Shown here one piece after another: positions 12,201 to 19,772 of a stretch of 64,000 nt of DNA. The DNA comes from a bacterium. Its GTDB lineage: Bacteria > RBG-13-61-14 > DATKZS01. Both the position numbers and the translations under genes were made by a program. Under the pieces are notes generated by a model, which saw nothing but the letters and a program-made list of their open reading frames with translations, did no database searches and was not told the DNA's origin. The stretch spans positions 64,001 through 128,000 of the forward strand of contig CAXXFL010000002.1 in assembly GCA_963674965.2 (NCBI GenBank). The letters are read 5' to 3'. Numbering within the stretch: position 1 is the stretch's first letter; each line of letters opens with the position of its first letter.

Positions 12201-15200
12201 CGCCGGCTACGGTTAGTGAAACGGTAACGAGAACGGTGGACGGGGCGTTTCTAGCGGATATTGTTGCTTATAATAATAAAGCTTATATACACTACGCATA
12301 TGAAAACGGCGTTACTTTAAGCGGAAATACGCTATATCTTAAATCGCTTCTCATTACTGGCGGATCACTTTCTTTTTCTTATGAAACTCCTTCGCCAGCA
12401 AATTCATGGCGTTTGGCCCCTGAGGATCATTTAAGCGTTGGTATATATGATGGGGATGGAGACTTTACGCATATGATTGCCTTTCCCCGCGTCTATAGCG
12501 GAACGACGCAAAGAGAACTCAGAGTATGTAAGTGGTATTACTCTAATGTGTTTGAAAGATGTTGGGCCTATAGCGATCTATTCTCTCCGTCTATCGAGGG
12601 ATGGTATCCTCTGGATAATGCGGTGGGCAATTTGATTACTTTAGTTGGCCAAAAGGTTGATCCTGAAGATCCCACGAAAATGTCGGTCGTGTACAAGGAC
12701 GGAACGCATACTTCAGATTTTGAAACATATCCTGATTGGTTTTATTGGTATGATTTTCATACTATCATCGATGATCTCGATATTGATGATATATCTACGA
12801 TTGATTTGAAATATCCAAGCCACACCGGTTCGCCCGTTTATGACTGGCTGGCCTATTTTTCTAATGGTTCAAAAAAATATATATACGCCCGATATTCCGA
12901 TGACTTGGGAAATTTTGACCTGGGCACATATAAAGCATATAACCACCAGGAGGGGACTTTCTTCACCGGCGGCCTCCAGGCCGGGGATACCGTTAAATAC
13001 GACGTGTATCGTGGTTTTACCGGATATGATATCGGTTTCTTCGCGGACAATATCTCCCACTTCCCGGACCATATAAATCAGACTGAAAAGCCCGTGGCTT
13101 TCGCCGCCGAAACCATTGGCGAGACGCGTCACGTGGTTTGGAAATCCGCGGTCGAAACCCCGGTGGGATCGGGCCAGACCAAGTCGGTCATACTCTATTC
13201 CAACGACGAGGTGTGGGCGGATTATTACAAAGACTCGCTGGACGACTCTCCTGAATGGAGACCGCCGGTCTTAATATCAAATCCCGACAATGACGCCGTC
13301 CTGGCAAGAATCAAGGCCAGCCCCAATAAAGAATACCTGCACGTGATCTGGGTGGAAAAGGACCCGTCGGATACTTATCACGTGTACTACTCGAAACTGG
13401 ACGTGGGGGAGTATTACGGATCGACGCTGTTTGACGACGATGATTCTGATAATCTTCTTAAAATCGAAGAATACTACGCGGGATCGTCGGACTCCGATGA
13501 GGACACCGATGATGACGGCATGTGGGACGTCTCCGAGGCGCTTTTCGGCCTGGACCCAACCGACCCGTCAGATGGAGACACCGGGGCCGGATGCCATGAC
13601 CTCGACCAGGACGGGCTGTGCAATTATGACGAATATTTTACGTATTTAACCGATGGTACAAGTAAAGATACCGACCTCGACGGAATGCCCGACGAGTGGG
13701 AAGTTCTTAATAATTTAGTCCCCGACGATCCTCAGGACGCGTATGATGACGAAGACCAGGACCATTTAACAAATATCGATGAGTACCGCTATGGTACTAA
13801 TCCATTGTATTGGGATACCGACGCGGATACCGTACCCGATTACTATGAAATACTCGATGGTAGCGACCCTCTATTAGCGGACTCACTAACCGCAGATTAC
13901 GACGGGGATGGATTAGACTATGAAGGAGAATTATTTTTAGGGGGAAACCCGTATAAACCCGACACCGACGAGGATTATTTAACCGATTTTGAAGAGGATG
14001 ATATATGGTATACATATAGAATTGAAGTCTATTTCTCTGACAGTGACTCCGACGGCCTGACCGATAGTCTTGAGTATTTCGCCCTCGCCTCAGCACCCGA
14101 CGATTTCGACAGCGACAATGACAATATGGACGACGGATGGGAACTCGAACACGGCTTCGATCCCATATCGGCCGCTAATGGCGGGACGGCCGACGCGGAT
14201 GGCGATGGAATAATAAACGTTGACGAGTGCGGCCCGGCGCAGATCGAAGGTCCGGAAGGTCTCGAGGGGCAACCACTTTGCAGGTCCGAAATCAACCCCG
14301 TCTCCATTGATTCCGACTTTGACGGCTTCACGGACGGGTGGGAGGTGGAGTACGCGGATAGCCTTGGGTTCGATCCGGTGGTGGTGGAGTGCGATACGGC
14401 GGTGGCGGATTATGACGGGGACGGGATGGCGGCCATTATCGAGGCGAGGCTGGGGACCAACCCGCTGTTGGCCGACTCGGACGGGGACGGGATCGACGAT
14501 TATTGGGAGGTCATCGCCGGGCTGGACCCGCTGGTGGACGACGCGGCCGATGACCCCGACGGGGACGGGAGGACCAATCTCGAGGAGTACCAGAACTCGG
14601 GCTACTTCTACACCAATCCACTGAGTCCCGATACCGACGGCGACGGGCTGTGCGACGGCGTGACCTCCGTCATGAGCGGCGAGACCGTGATATGCGGTCC
14701 AGGGGAGGGAGACTCGGCGACGCCCGAGCTGGACGCGGCGCGGCTACGGCTCCTGGCCGAGAGCGCCATCGGCGAGTTGACCCTCGGCGACGGCGACACC
14801 TGGTCCGACGAGCTCGAGGAGGGCGACACTCTCAAGCTGTCCGTGGCGAAGGCGCTGGACGCGGGGACGTACACGGTGCGCTTCGATAATGGGTCGGGCT
14901 CGGTTTACGCCATCGAGGCGTACGTGTCCGAGGGCGCGACATATATATTTGTGGACACGGGAGACCTCGGGGACGACGCCTCGGGAAATTTCGACATTGA
15001 CGTGGTGGACGACTCGGGCTCGAGCCTCCTCGACTCGGGCGCCGCCTCGGTCAATATCTCCCAGCGGCTCTACCTCCATTACGGGCTCCACTCCCCGGTG
15101 GTCGCCACCAACTCCGACGGCGAGACCGTCTGGCGCCGCGCCTATCTCCCCTTCGGCGCCGACTTCTCCGGCTCGCCCTCCCACCCCCTCACCATCGCCA

Positions 15201-16060
15201 ACTCCTCCATCACCCACGGCTTCGTCGGCCGCCGCTCCGACAACGACGTCGGCCTCTACCAACTCGGCGCCCGCTGGTACGACCCGGATTTGGGGAGGTT
15301 CGTCAGCGTCGATCCGGTTGCCGGGGGCATCAACCAGTACGCCTACGCTTATAACAACCCGTTCGTGTACCAAGACGCGTCAGGAATGGAAGGAGAAGTC
15401 GCGGAGGCCGCCTTAGGTTATAGTGAATGTTTAGGCGCGTATTCGCATGCTTTGTTTCTGGTCCCTGCGGACGCCGTTAATGAAGCTTCAGGCGGCAGAT
15501 TGCGTTCCACTGAAAATGCACATCTGGCGTATTATACTTATTACATGCCAGAGCAAGGCGACCCCACGAGGGCTTGCTATCAGCTTGGTTATGGGGTTGG
15601 CGTTTCATCCGCGTTGGTGGGCGCCGCTGAATTGCTCATTGAACTTTATGCGGCTGGTGACTCTAGCCAGGATATAGCTCCGCCTTCAGAGCCAGTGGAC
15701 CCGAATTACGAGCCGCCGTCGCCTGAGCCTGCCCCTGAATCATCTCCAGAAACAAAGGAGTTGCCAGAAGATATACAGAGAAGACATGATAAACTAAACG
15801 AAAAAGACAGAAGTGGAATGGACTTCACAAAAGCTGGCAAAGATAACGTTAAAGATATAAATAGGCATAATAATGATGGAACGATGAAGTGTGAAAATTG
15901 CGGCCAGGAGGTTGTTGACGCAGAACAGCACAAATCCGGAGTTACACCGCCTGGTAATGAAGCTCATGTTGACCATAAAACTCGAAAGAGAGAAAATGGT
16001 CGTGGCAATCCTGACAATGGGCAGGTGTTATGCCGAGATTGTAATATGGAGAAGCATTAA
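6251..16060 (+). CDS. Giant (~3269 aa) predicted lipoprotein toxin: TolB-like propeller, DxDxDG calcium-binding repeats, Rhs-associated core, C-terminal HNH nuclease
   Basis: AAGGAG RBS before ATG 6251. Signal MKLKVMKAAAIFVIFFLAAVIVGC. Propeller-like segment ~7590-8810. Dozens of DTDGDG repeats. Core GFVGRR...[13 protein letters not shown]...[11 protein letters not shown]. Tip CENC...HVDH...DNGQVLCRDCNMEK. Confidence 0.9.
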   Translation: MKLKVMKAAAIFVIFFLAAVIVGCGANQNSFVKGLGPAYTEVMSLGKNVEILDPSMEDNQHRLVVFFDRCVDDDTVTLSDLELYGQTVTNFDSYLTPSQSVFNFDYCFTKSWDSLSSGAYFTGTIWASTTECESGYSDKLYVGLVDDDTLWHGMDDYEGAFAYKLVIDKIFHDSEENQSSGDVINYFIVRDFANNAKHPTLSHVYPASGSGLSGDSLLYMPMPPHSTFTLGSSEPVLNLSYIPYEVFWHDDDLHAPFDGPSIGNPSVIVRNNRKIEIGASSGMPLDIEYHFWIYSRPQNYYDVTYGPGSGATISMDGELSDVLLVSPPPINAFGKAIVLPSDSTFQILEEDVVERDVFHAGFYSDHPTYVKVYEVKGRVGPVVIDEPVTYSYHKAAYSESYLTVRATPDVDEVRITMDHWTDLIGSEMGVEITDELKPLSSLSMPLFSSTVLAPAMSRNGQYMFYWAQDGTTDNVFQVYRTDLTVDGYSTDALTSFTVGRDDAQALASHSISPNNAGDQAVFWSRQDLEDGETSTDGELYFWDESEGLFQVTTSDLFGDTRGEPNYDAVLSYENIFFFWTENSSAGDTLDHYELLRCTYSDVGGPYPIGCVNIVQGTTLHQQGINPRLSSTTNGEYVAFVSAEDWDASVGNSDYNYEIFYYGEYGVGVHQVTDSGSTVTNDYPVIADDSLQSIYFSSNGNYGGIDGFSNDGDSVSTELFVYRRLSGDTAVYNEIEQITNASPGVTVIPAGVSLPDGNGNIDVLVLSNHNFSGDTVTSGYNYFLLQPTRYADDRTYNAWGYAITTEPVIASAGDAPPLVSMDEENEWILFSSEEQLLPGDTNSDLDVYLFHYKGLEKSFTISWEDLIDEFNSQNSTNYRTEVLLPRKRHRITVHSSTAGSPGVDAIDFIFTADDDSDSDGLSDAWEIEYGYDPYIADSDSNSITDDLEDPDGDGVINSSEEDNYTNPQLADSDGDGLDDDVEIGYCTSPIDDDSDDDGLIDGRTMGEDQDNDGEVDAGETNPCYYDTDGDGLLDGVEIGFGSNPLLTDTDGDSLSDYVEIMTANTDPTLVDTDGDSLGDAAEYDYCTSPSDPDSDGDGLCDGNTSVYDGPTLLCSNGEDADLDFEVDAGETNPCRADTDGDGMNDAYEREYSLDPLDPFDALTILSSATIADPDGDGVDNLYEAQNGTNPYVADSDEDGVSDLEELALGTDPGDATSNSDGDSLIDSVEVTLGTSPNSDDTDADGLSDYQETTALYGLTIGMGCTIVPTNPDSDGDGIPDGLEDIDLDGVLDGNTETNPCIADTDGDGMDDGWEVFWGLNPHVQDGDTDWDSDGLTNLQEFLLYKGASCDASAGCPGDTITVYLNPLIADVDGDTMEDGEEILMTGSTVTAYVCNPIKRDTDGDNVPDYFEAVISLCLDPMDPDTDDDGIPDGVEDKNQDGIRQNIETNPCLADTDGDGLDDYEELLFGSNPRNADTDGDDLTDDLEYFYMTDPNGYTDRNDNGIYDELELVEYGIPPIYVFDDMDGDGLVNGDSTGEDKDNDYVVDSGETDPYDMDTDGDGLPDGWEIEHNLDPLEANTCSFCADNDELTDRSEYLHHTHPGLDDTDSDGMDDDWEILYGLDPLTDDSAADLDGDTLTNLQEYSLLTNPRSADSDIDGLSDYLETQALYGHTVGMGCATSPTNQDSDGDGVPDGLEDFDQDGALDGDTETSPCLADTDGDGLPDGWELIWNSYPLTDDATSDYDSDGLDNLGEYLAGTNPYHKDTDHDGMDDKWEVDAGDTLDPLTNDAEADPDHDGVTNIEECCAMFLEPYHKCGNSCDDDALDPLSSDSDGDSLGDYWELKYLHPTVDDDLTADPDSDSISNIWEFRFGTNPGSTDTDGDGLTDLQEISFDGDLSFDGSTAYHPYVNVCIGDADECDLNPTLADTDHDGLSDYQELYGNTPTSPVNFDTDGGGDPDGIELNIGHDPTNSGDDYYDAAGLSFPPATVSETVTRTVDGAFLADIVAYNNKAYIHYAYENGVTLSGNTLYLKSLLITGGSLSFSYETPSPANSWRLAPEDHLSVGIYDGDGDFTHMIAFPRVYSGTTQRELRVCKWYYSNVFERCWAYSDLFSPSIEGWYPLDNAVGNLITLVGQKVDPEDPTKMSVVYKDGTHTSDFETYPDWFYWYDFHTIIDDLDIDDISTIDLKYPSHTGSPVYDWLAYFSNGSKKYIYARYSDDLGNFDLGTYKAYNHQEGTFFTGGLQAGDTVKYDVYRGFTGYDIGFFADNISHFPDHINQTEKPVAFAAETIGETRHVVWKSAVETPVGSGQTKSVILYSNDEVWADYYKDSLDDSPEWRPPVLISNPDNDAVLARIKASPNKEYLHVIWVEKDPSDTYHVYYSKLDVGEYYGSTLFDDDDSDNLLKIEEYYAGSSDSDEDTDDDGMWDVSEALFGLDPTDPSDGDTGAGCHDLDQDGLCNYDEYFTYLTDGTSKDTDLDGMPDEWEVLNNLVPDDPQDAYDDEDQDHLTNIDEYRYGTNPLYWDTDADTVPDYYEILDGSDPLLADSLTADYDGDGLDYEGELFLGGNPYKPDTDEDYLTDFEEDDIWYTYRIEVYFSDSDSDGLTDSLEYFALASAPDDFDSDNDNMDDGWELEHGFDPISAANGGTADADGDGIINVDECGPAQIEGPEGLEGQPLCRSEINPVSIDSDFDGFTDGWEVEYADSLGFDPVVVECDTAVADYDGDGMAAIIEARLGTNPLLADSDGDGIDDYWEVIAGLDPLVDDAADDPDGDGRTNLEEYQNSGYFYTNPLSPDTDGDGLCDGVTSVMSGETVICGPGEGDSATPELDAARLRLLAESAIGELTLGDGDTWSDELEEGDTLKLSVAKALDAGTYTVRFDNGSGSVYAIEAYVSEGATYIFVDTGDLGDDASGNFDIDVVDDSGSSLLDSGAASVNISQRLYLHYGLHSPVVATNSDGETVWRRAYLPFGADFSGSPSHPLTIANSSITHGFVGRRSDNDVGLYQLGARWYDPDLGRFVSVDPVAGGINQYAYAYNNPFVYQDASGMEGEVAEAALGYSECLGAYSHALFLVPADAVNEASGGRLRSTENAHLAYYTYYMPEQGDPTRACYQLGYGVGVSSALVGAAELLIELYAAGDSSQDIAPPSEPVDPNYEPPSPEPAPESSPETKELPEDIQRRHDKLNEKDRSGMDFTKAGKDNVKDINRHNNDGTMKCENCGQEVVDAEQHKSGVTPPGNEAHVDHKTRKRENGRGNPDNGQVLCRDCNMEKH
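8985..14720 (+). repeat. Coding acidic DxDxDG (thrombospondin type 3-like) repeat region, interrupted by a non-repeat domain at ~12200-13430
   Basis: Recurrent (N/D)P..xD(T/S)DGDG(L/M)xDxxE units. One long internal duplication (~9965-10260 vs ~11210-11510, ALYG.T.GMGC...). Confidence 0.9.
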
Positions 16061-16062
16061 TA

Positions 16063-16512
16063 ATGAAAAGAAAAGAAAAGAAAATATTGTTAGTTTATAA
16101 AGACTTTGATGACGTTTTTCAAATTGAAAGCGTTTGGGCTGAGAAAATGGATGAATATTATAGAATTGTCAATATTCCATTTTTTGCTAAAAACGTCGCC
16201 TATGGTGACATCGTTGCAGTGGAAAACGACGGGGGAAGTCTATACTTTGATAGCCTAATAAAACCTTCAGGCCACAGCACAATTCAAATGATAATTAATG
16301 ATCCTAATGAATTGAAAGGCATTGGAAATACATTAGTTAGTATGGGATGTGACTGGGAAGAAAGTCATATCAAAGGATACATTTCGATAGACATTCCTAA
16401 AAATGTTGATTATACACAAATAAGAAAATATTTAGAAGAAGGATTGTCGCAAAATAAATGGGACTACAGGGAAGCATGTTTAAGTGATGAACATCGAGAG
16501 AGTACGAAATAG
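16063..16512 (+). CDS. Cognate immunity protein, DUF4265-like
   Basis: Directly follows the toxin stop. ESVWA...NIPFFAKNVAYGDIV...SGHSTI motif. AT-rich. Confidence 0.8.
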   Translation: MKRKEKKILLVYKDFDDVFQIESVWAEKMDEYYRIVNIPFFAKNVAYGDIVAVENDGGSLYFDSLIKPSGHSTIQMIINDPNELKGIGNTLVSMGCDWEESHIKGYISIDIPKNVDYTQIRKYLEEGLSQNKWDYREACLSDEHRESTK

Positions 16513-16524
16513 CGTTTTCCGCGC

Positions 16525-16620
16525 AGGCGGGTGCCATCTACGTTATGCTAAAGACCTTGTGGCTCTCGCGAGGCGAGACAGGAGTACCGTTATAAGCTTC
16601 TCATGGTTTTTTGAAAATAG
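16525..16620 (+). repeat. Spacer family A, partial and degenerate copy
   Basis: TGTGGCTCTCGCGAGGCGAGACAGG...TATAAGCTTCTCATGGTTTTTTGAAAA. Confidence 0.75.
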
Positions 16621-16665
16621 GCAAAATGAGCAATTACTCAAAGAAAAGAAAGAAGAGCATGGGTT

Positions 16666-17232
16666 ATGATATATCATAATACAGAATTGATTAAAGAGCA
16701 TTACGAAACCAACTGGAATAATGCGGCAGCAATAAAAAAATGGAATAAAGGGCCAATTCATGAATTGCCTCAATTTTTTAGCGTCCTTGAGTTTAGGCCA
16801 ACCATAAAAAGGGATATGTGGACATATGCAACATGTGGAATGTCAACACTTCAAGATCGGGAAAAGATCGAATTACATATACACTCACCAGAAAGAAATG
16901 AAGGCCTCGTAGAGCTATTAACCGTAGTAGTACATTTTCACGCAACTGATAGTAGTCTTGGTCTATGGCATACCGTTAATTTTGGAAGAGGATGGTTGCC
17001 TGATTCCAATTGTGAATATGGCCTTATTTCATTGCCTTATCTTGACGGTCCAGGCTTTGAAATATTAAAGAATAACAATGATGCCGTTTCTTTTTATTGG
17101 TTAATTCCAATTACAAAAGATGAAGTGGACTATAAAATAAAAAATGGAATAGAATGTCTTGAAGATGCTTTAGAGAAAGCAAACGTTAAATATCTTGATA
17201 AATACAGGGCCAGTGTTATCGGCTGTGAATAG
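16666..17232 (+). CDS. Suppressor-of-fused (SUFU) family immunity-type protein
   Basis: WTYATCGMS...IELHI...FYWLIPITKDE...GIECLED motifs. Confidence 0.85.
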   Translation: MIYHNTELIKEHYETNWNNAAAIKKWNKGPIHELPQFFSVLEFRPTIKRDMWTYATCGMSTLQDREKIELHIHSPERNEGLVELLTVVVHFHATDSSLGLWHTVNFGRGWLPDSNCEYGLISLPYLDGPGFEILKNNNDAVSFYWLIPITKDEVDYKIKNGIECLEDALEKANVKYLDKYRASVIGCE

Positions 17233-17259
17233 GCAACCCGAAGACGGGCATTGTACACT

Positions 17260-17318
17260 TTAGTTGTCAATATAGATGTAACTCCGCTCTTTGAAAACTT
17301 GTCATTATTACTTCCGTC
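17260..17318 (+). repeat. Spacer family B with boxA-like motif (17286-17297)
   Basis: GTTGTCAATATAGATGTAACTCCGCTCTTTGAAAACTTG. Homology to the main gene (14309) starts 33 bp after the motif start. Confidence 0.8.
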
Positions 17319-19139
17319 GATTCCGACTTTGACGGCTTCACGGACGGGTGGGAGGTGGAGTATAGCGATAGCCTTGGGTTCGATCCGGTGGTGGTGGAGT
17401 GCGATACGGCGGTGGCGGATTTCGACGGGGACGGGATGGGGGCGATTATCGAGGCGAGGCTGGGGACGGACCCGAGGTTGGCCGACTCGGATGGGGACGG
17501 GATCGACGATTATTGGGAGGTCGTGGCCGGGCTGGACCCGCTGGTGGACGACGCGGCCGATGACCCCGACGGCGACGGGAGGACCAACCTCGAGGAATAC
17601 CTGAACTCGGGGTATTTCTATACCAACCCATTCAATCCGGACACCGACGGCGACGGGCTGTGCGACGGCGTGACCTCCGTCATGGACGGAGCGACCCAGC
17701 TTTGCGGGCCTGGGGAGGGAGACTCGGCGACGCCCGAGCTGGACGCGGCGCGGCTACGGCTCCTGGCCGAGAGCGCCATCGGCGAGCTGACCCTCGGGGA
17801 CGGCGACACCTGGGCGGACGAGCTCGAGGAGGGCGACACTCTTAAGCTGTCCGTGGCGGGGGCGCTGGACGCGGGGACGTACACGGTGCGCTTCGATAAT
17901 GGGTCGGGCGCGGTTTACGCCATCGAGGCGTACGTGTCCGAGGGCGCGACATATATATTTGTGGACACGGGAGACCTCGGGGACGACGCCGGCTCCGGCT
18001 CATACGACATTGACGTGGTTGACGACTCGGGCTCGTGCCTCCTCGACTCGGGCGCCGCCTCGGTCAATATCTCCCAGCGGCTCTACCTCCACTACGGCCT
18101 CCACTCCCCGGTGGTCGCCACCAACTCCGACGGCGAGACCGTCTGGCGCCGCGCCTATCTCCCCTTCGGCGCCGACTTCGCCGGCTCGCCCTCCCACCCC
18201 CTCACCATCGCCAACTCCTCCATCACCCACGGCTTCGTCGGCCGCCGCTCCGACAACGACGTCGGCCTCTACCAACTCGGCGCCCGCTGGTACGACCCCG
18301 ACCTGGGGCGGTTCGTGAGCGTCGACCCGGTGCCGGGGTTCATCAATCAGTACGCTTACGCGAACAATAATCCATTTAAATATCAGGACGCGAGTGGGAG
18401 GCAATATGGCTCTTCAGGATATACAAGTTGGGCGGAGTGTAGTGGGACTTATGGCAATCCGGACAGCGATTATTGCACTGGAAAAGCAAATGAAAATTAT
18501 GATCCAGAAAAATTAAAGACTATTTTATACTGCACTTCAGGGGCTGCGCATGGGGAGTTGGCCTTCATGTATGATTCAGCAGATGCAGCTGCAAATTGGT
18601 GGAATCCAATTTACCAATATGGTACGTATAAGGGAATATACGAAGGGGGTGACTGGTTAATAAATGCTGATAAAGACGCAGCCTATGAAGCATGGATATC
18701 CAAGCCAAACAATGAGATATGTTACGATATTGGATATGGCACGGCAGCTTTAGGTGCTTTAGCCGCGCCATTGGCCAAAGGTAAGGTCGTTCCTAATGGT
18801 AATAAGCCAATAACTAAACCGAACGCAACTAAAGGCTGGAAAGTAGGAGACCCTATTAATAATTTGACTAGTAAAGGGAAAGTCCCTACATGGGATACAG
18901 TCAGGAAAAGATTTTGGAAAAATGAAGCAAGCAATAATCCAGGAAATTATAACGCTTCAAACCTTGCAAGAATGCGTGAAGGTTTAGCGCCTCAAAGAAT
19001 CAATCCCGGAACGGGCTCGCTTGAAAGTATGGAGTTGCATCATAAGCCTCCACAAAGAAAAGGCGGTTTATTTGATTTTGAACCATTATGGCCTAATGAA
19101 CATTCTGGGATCGATCCATATAGACATACCGGAAACTAA
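17319..19139 (+). CDS. Orphan cassette 1: repeat/Rhs-core copy plus HNH/EndoVII-fold (LHH-like) nuclease tip; no convincing start codon
   Basis: Near-identical to 14309-15385, then unique tip NLARMREGLAPQ...SMELHH...NEH. Confidence 0.85.
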   Translation, partial: DSDFDGFTDGWEVEYSDSLGFDPVVVECDTAVADFDGDGMGAIIEARLGTDPRLADSDGDGIDDYWEVVAGLDPLVDDAADDPDGDGRTNLEEYLNSGYFYTNPFNPDTDGDGLCDGVTSVMDGATQLCGPGEGDSATPELDAARLRLLAESAIGELTLGDGDTWADELEEGDTLKLSVAGALDAGTYTVRFDNGSGAVYAIEAYVSEGATYIFVDTGDLGDDAGSGSYDIDVVDDSGSCLLDSGAASVNISQRLYLHYGLHSPVVATNSDGETVWRRAYLPFGADFAGSPSHPLTIANSSITHGFVGRRSDNDVGLYQLGARWYDPDLGRFVSVDPVPGFINQYAYANNNPFKYQDASGRQYGSSGYTSWAECSGTYGNPDSDYCTGKANENYDPEKLKTILYCTSGAAHGELAFMYDSADAAANWWNPIYQYGTYKGIYEGGDWLINADKDAAYEAWISKPNNEICYDIGYGTAALGALAAPLAKGKVVPNGNKPITKPNATKGWKVGDPINNLTSKGKVPTWDTVRKRFWKNEASNNPGNYNASNLARMREGLAPQRINPGTGSLESMELHHKPPQRKGGLFDFEPLWPNEHSGIDPYRHTGN

Positions 19140-19207
19140 TTTGCCAAGCTCGTAAAATGGTCTACAGTTAAGGGAATGAAAATACTATTTACAAGAATAA
19201 TTGGAGT

Positions 19208-19705
19208 ATGAAGGTGCCAGATTTTCAAAAATATTTTATGGAGTCAGGTGGCAAACCAATCGTGTATAATGGCAAAGAAATTCGGATGATGGATGAAATA
19301 CCTGTTCTTAACAGAGATGCCTTTGCTATTACTATTGAAAAATGTAATAGCGAGTGGAAACAAGGCATTTCCTTAGTAGTAAATGGCATTTTTCAAATAA
19401 ATAAGCAGAGGATTAAAAGGGGCATCCTTTTATGGCAAGACACTGCCCCAAGAACTTCTCAGTTTAAGCTGTCCTTAAATAAACCAGGTAAATTAATCAT
19501 AAAGAATGTTTGGGACACTGGTAATGGCGTCATCGAGTCATGGCATCATGGCGCAGGGATTATCGTTGAGGAGATAAAAAACGGAAAACGTTATCACTGC
19601 AATGATGGACATCCCGATGACAATTTCGACGATATAGTATTTATTATCACTAAAATCACTGGTAATACCAGCGAGCAGGTCGGCGCGTTTGATTTTTTGG
19701 GGTGA
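19208..19705 (+). CDS. Putative immunity protein for cassette 1
   Basis: AT-rich ORF after the toxin, GGAG RBS. Family not recognised. Confidence 0.7.
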   Translation: MKVPDFQKYFMESGGKPIVYNGKEIRMMDEIPVLNRDAFAITIEKCNSEWKQGISLVVNGIFQINKQRIKRGILLWQDTAPRTSQFKLSLNKPGKLIIKNVWDTGNGVIESWHHGAGIIVEEIKNGKRYHCNDGHPDDNFDDIVFIITKITGNTSEQVGAFDFLG

Positions 19706-19711
19706 CCCGGG

Positions 19712-19772
19712 CTTAGGTTACAGCGTTACACGTAATTTCGCTCTTTGAAAACTTGTCATTATTACTTCCGCC
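19712..19772 (+). repeat. Spacer family B with boxA-like motif (19740-19751)
   Basis: GCTCTTTGAAAACTTGTCATTATTACTTCCG. Confidence 0.8.
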
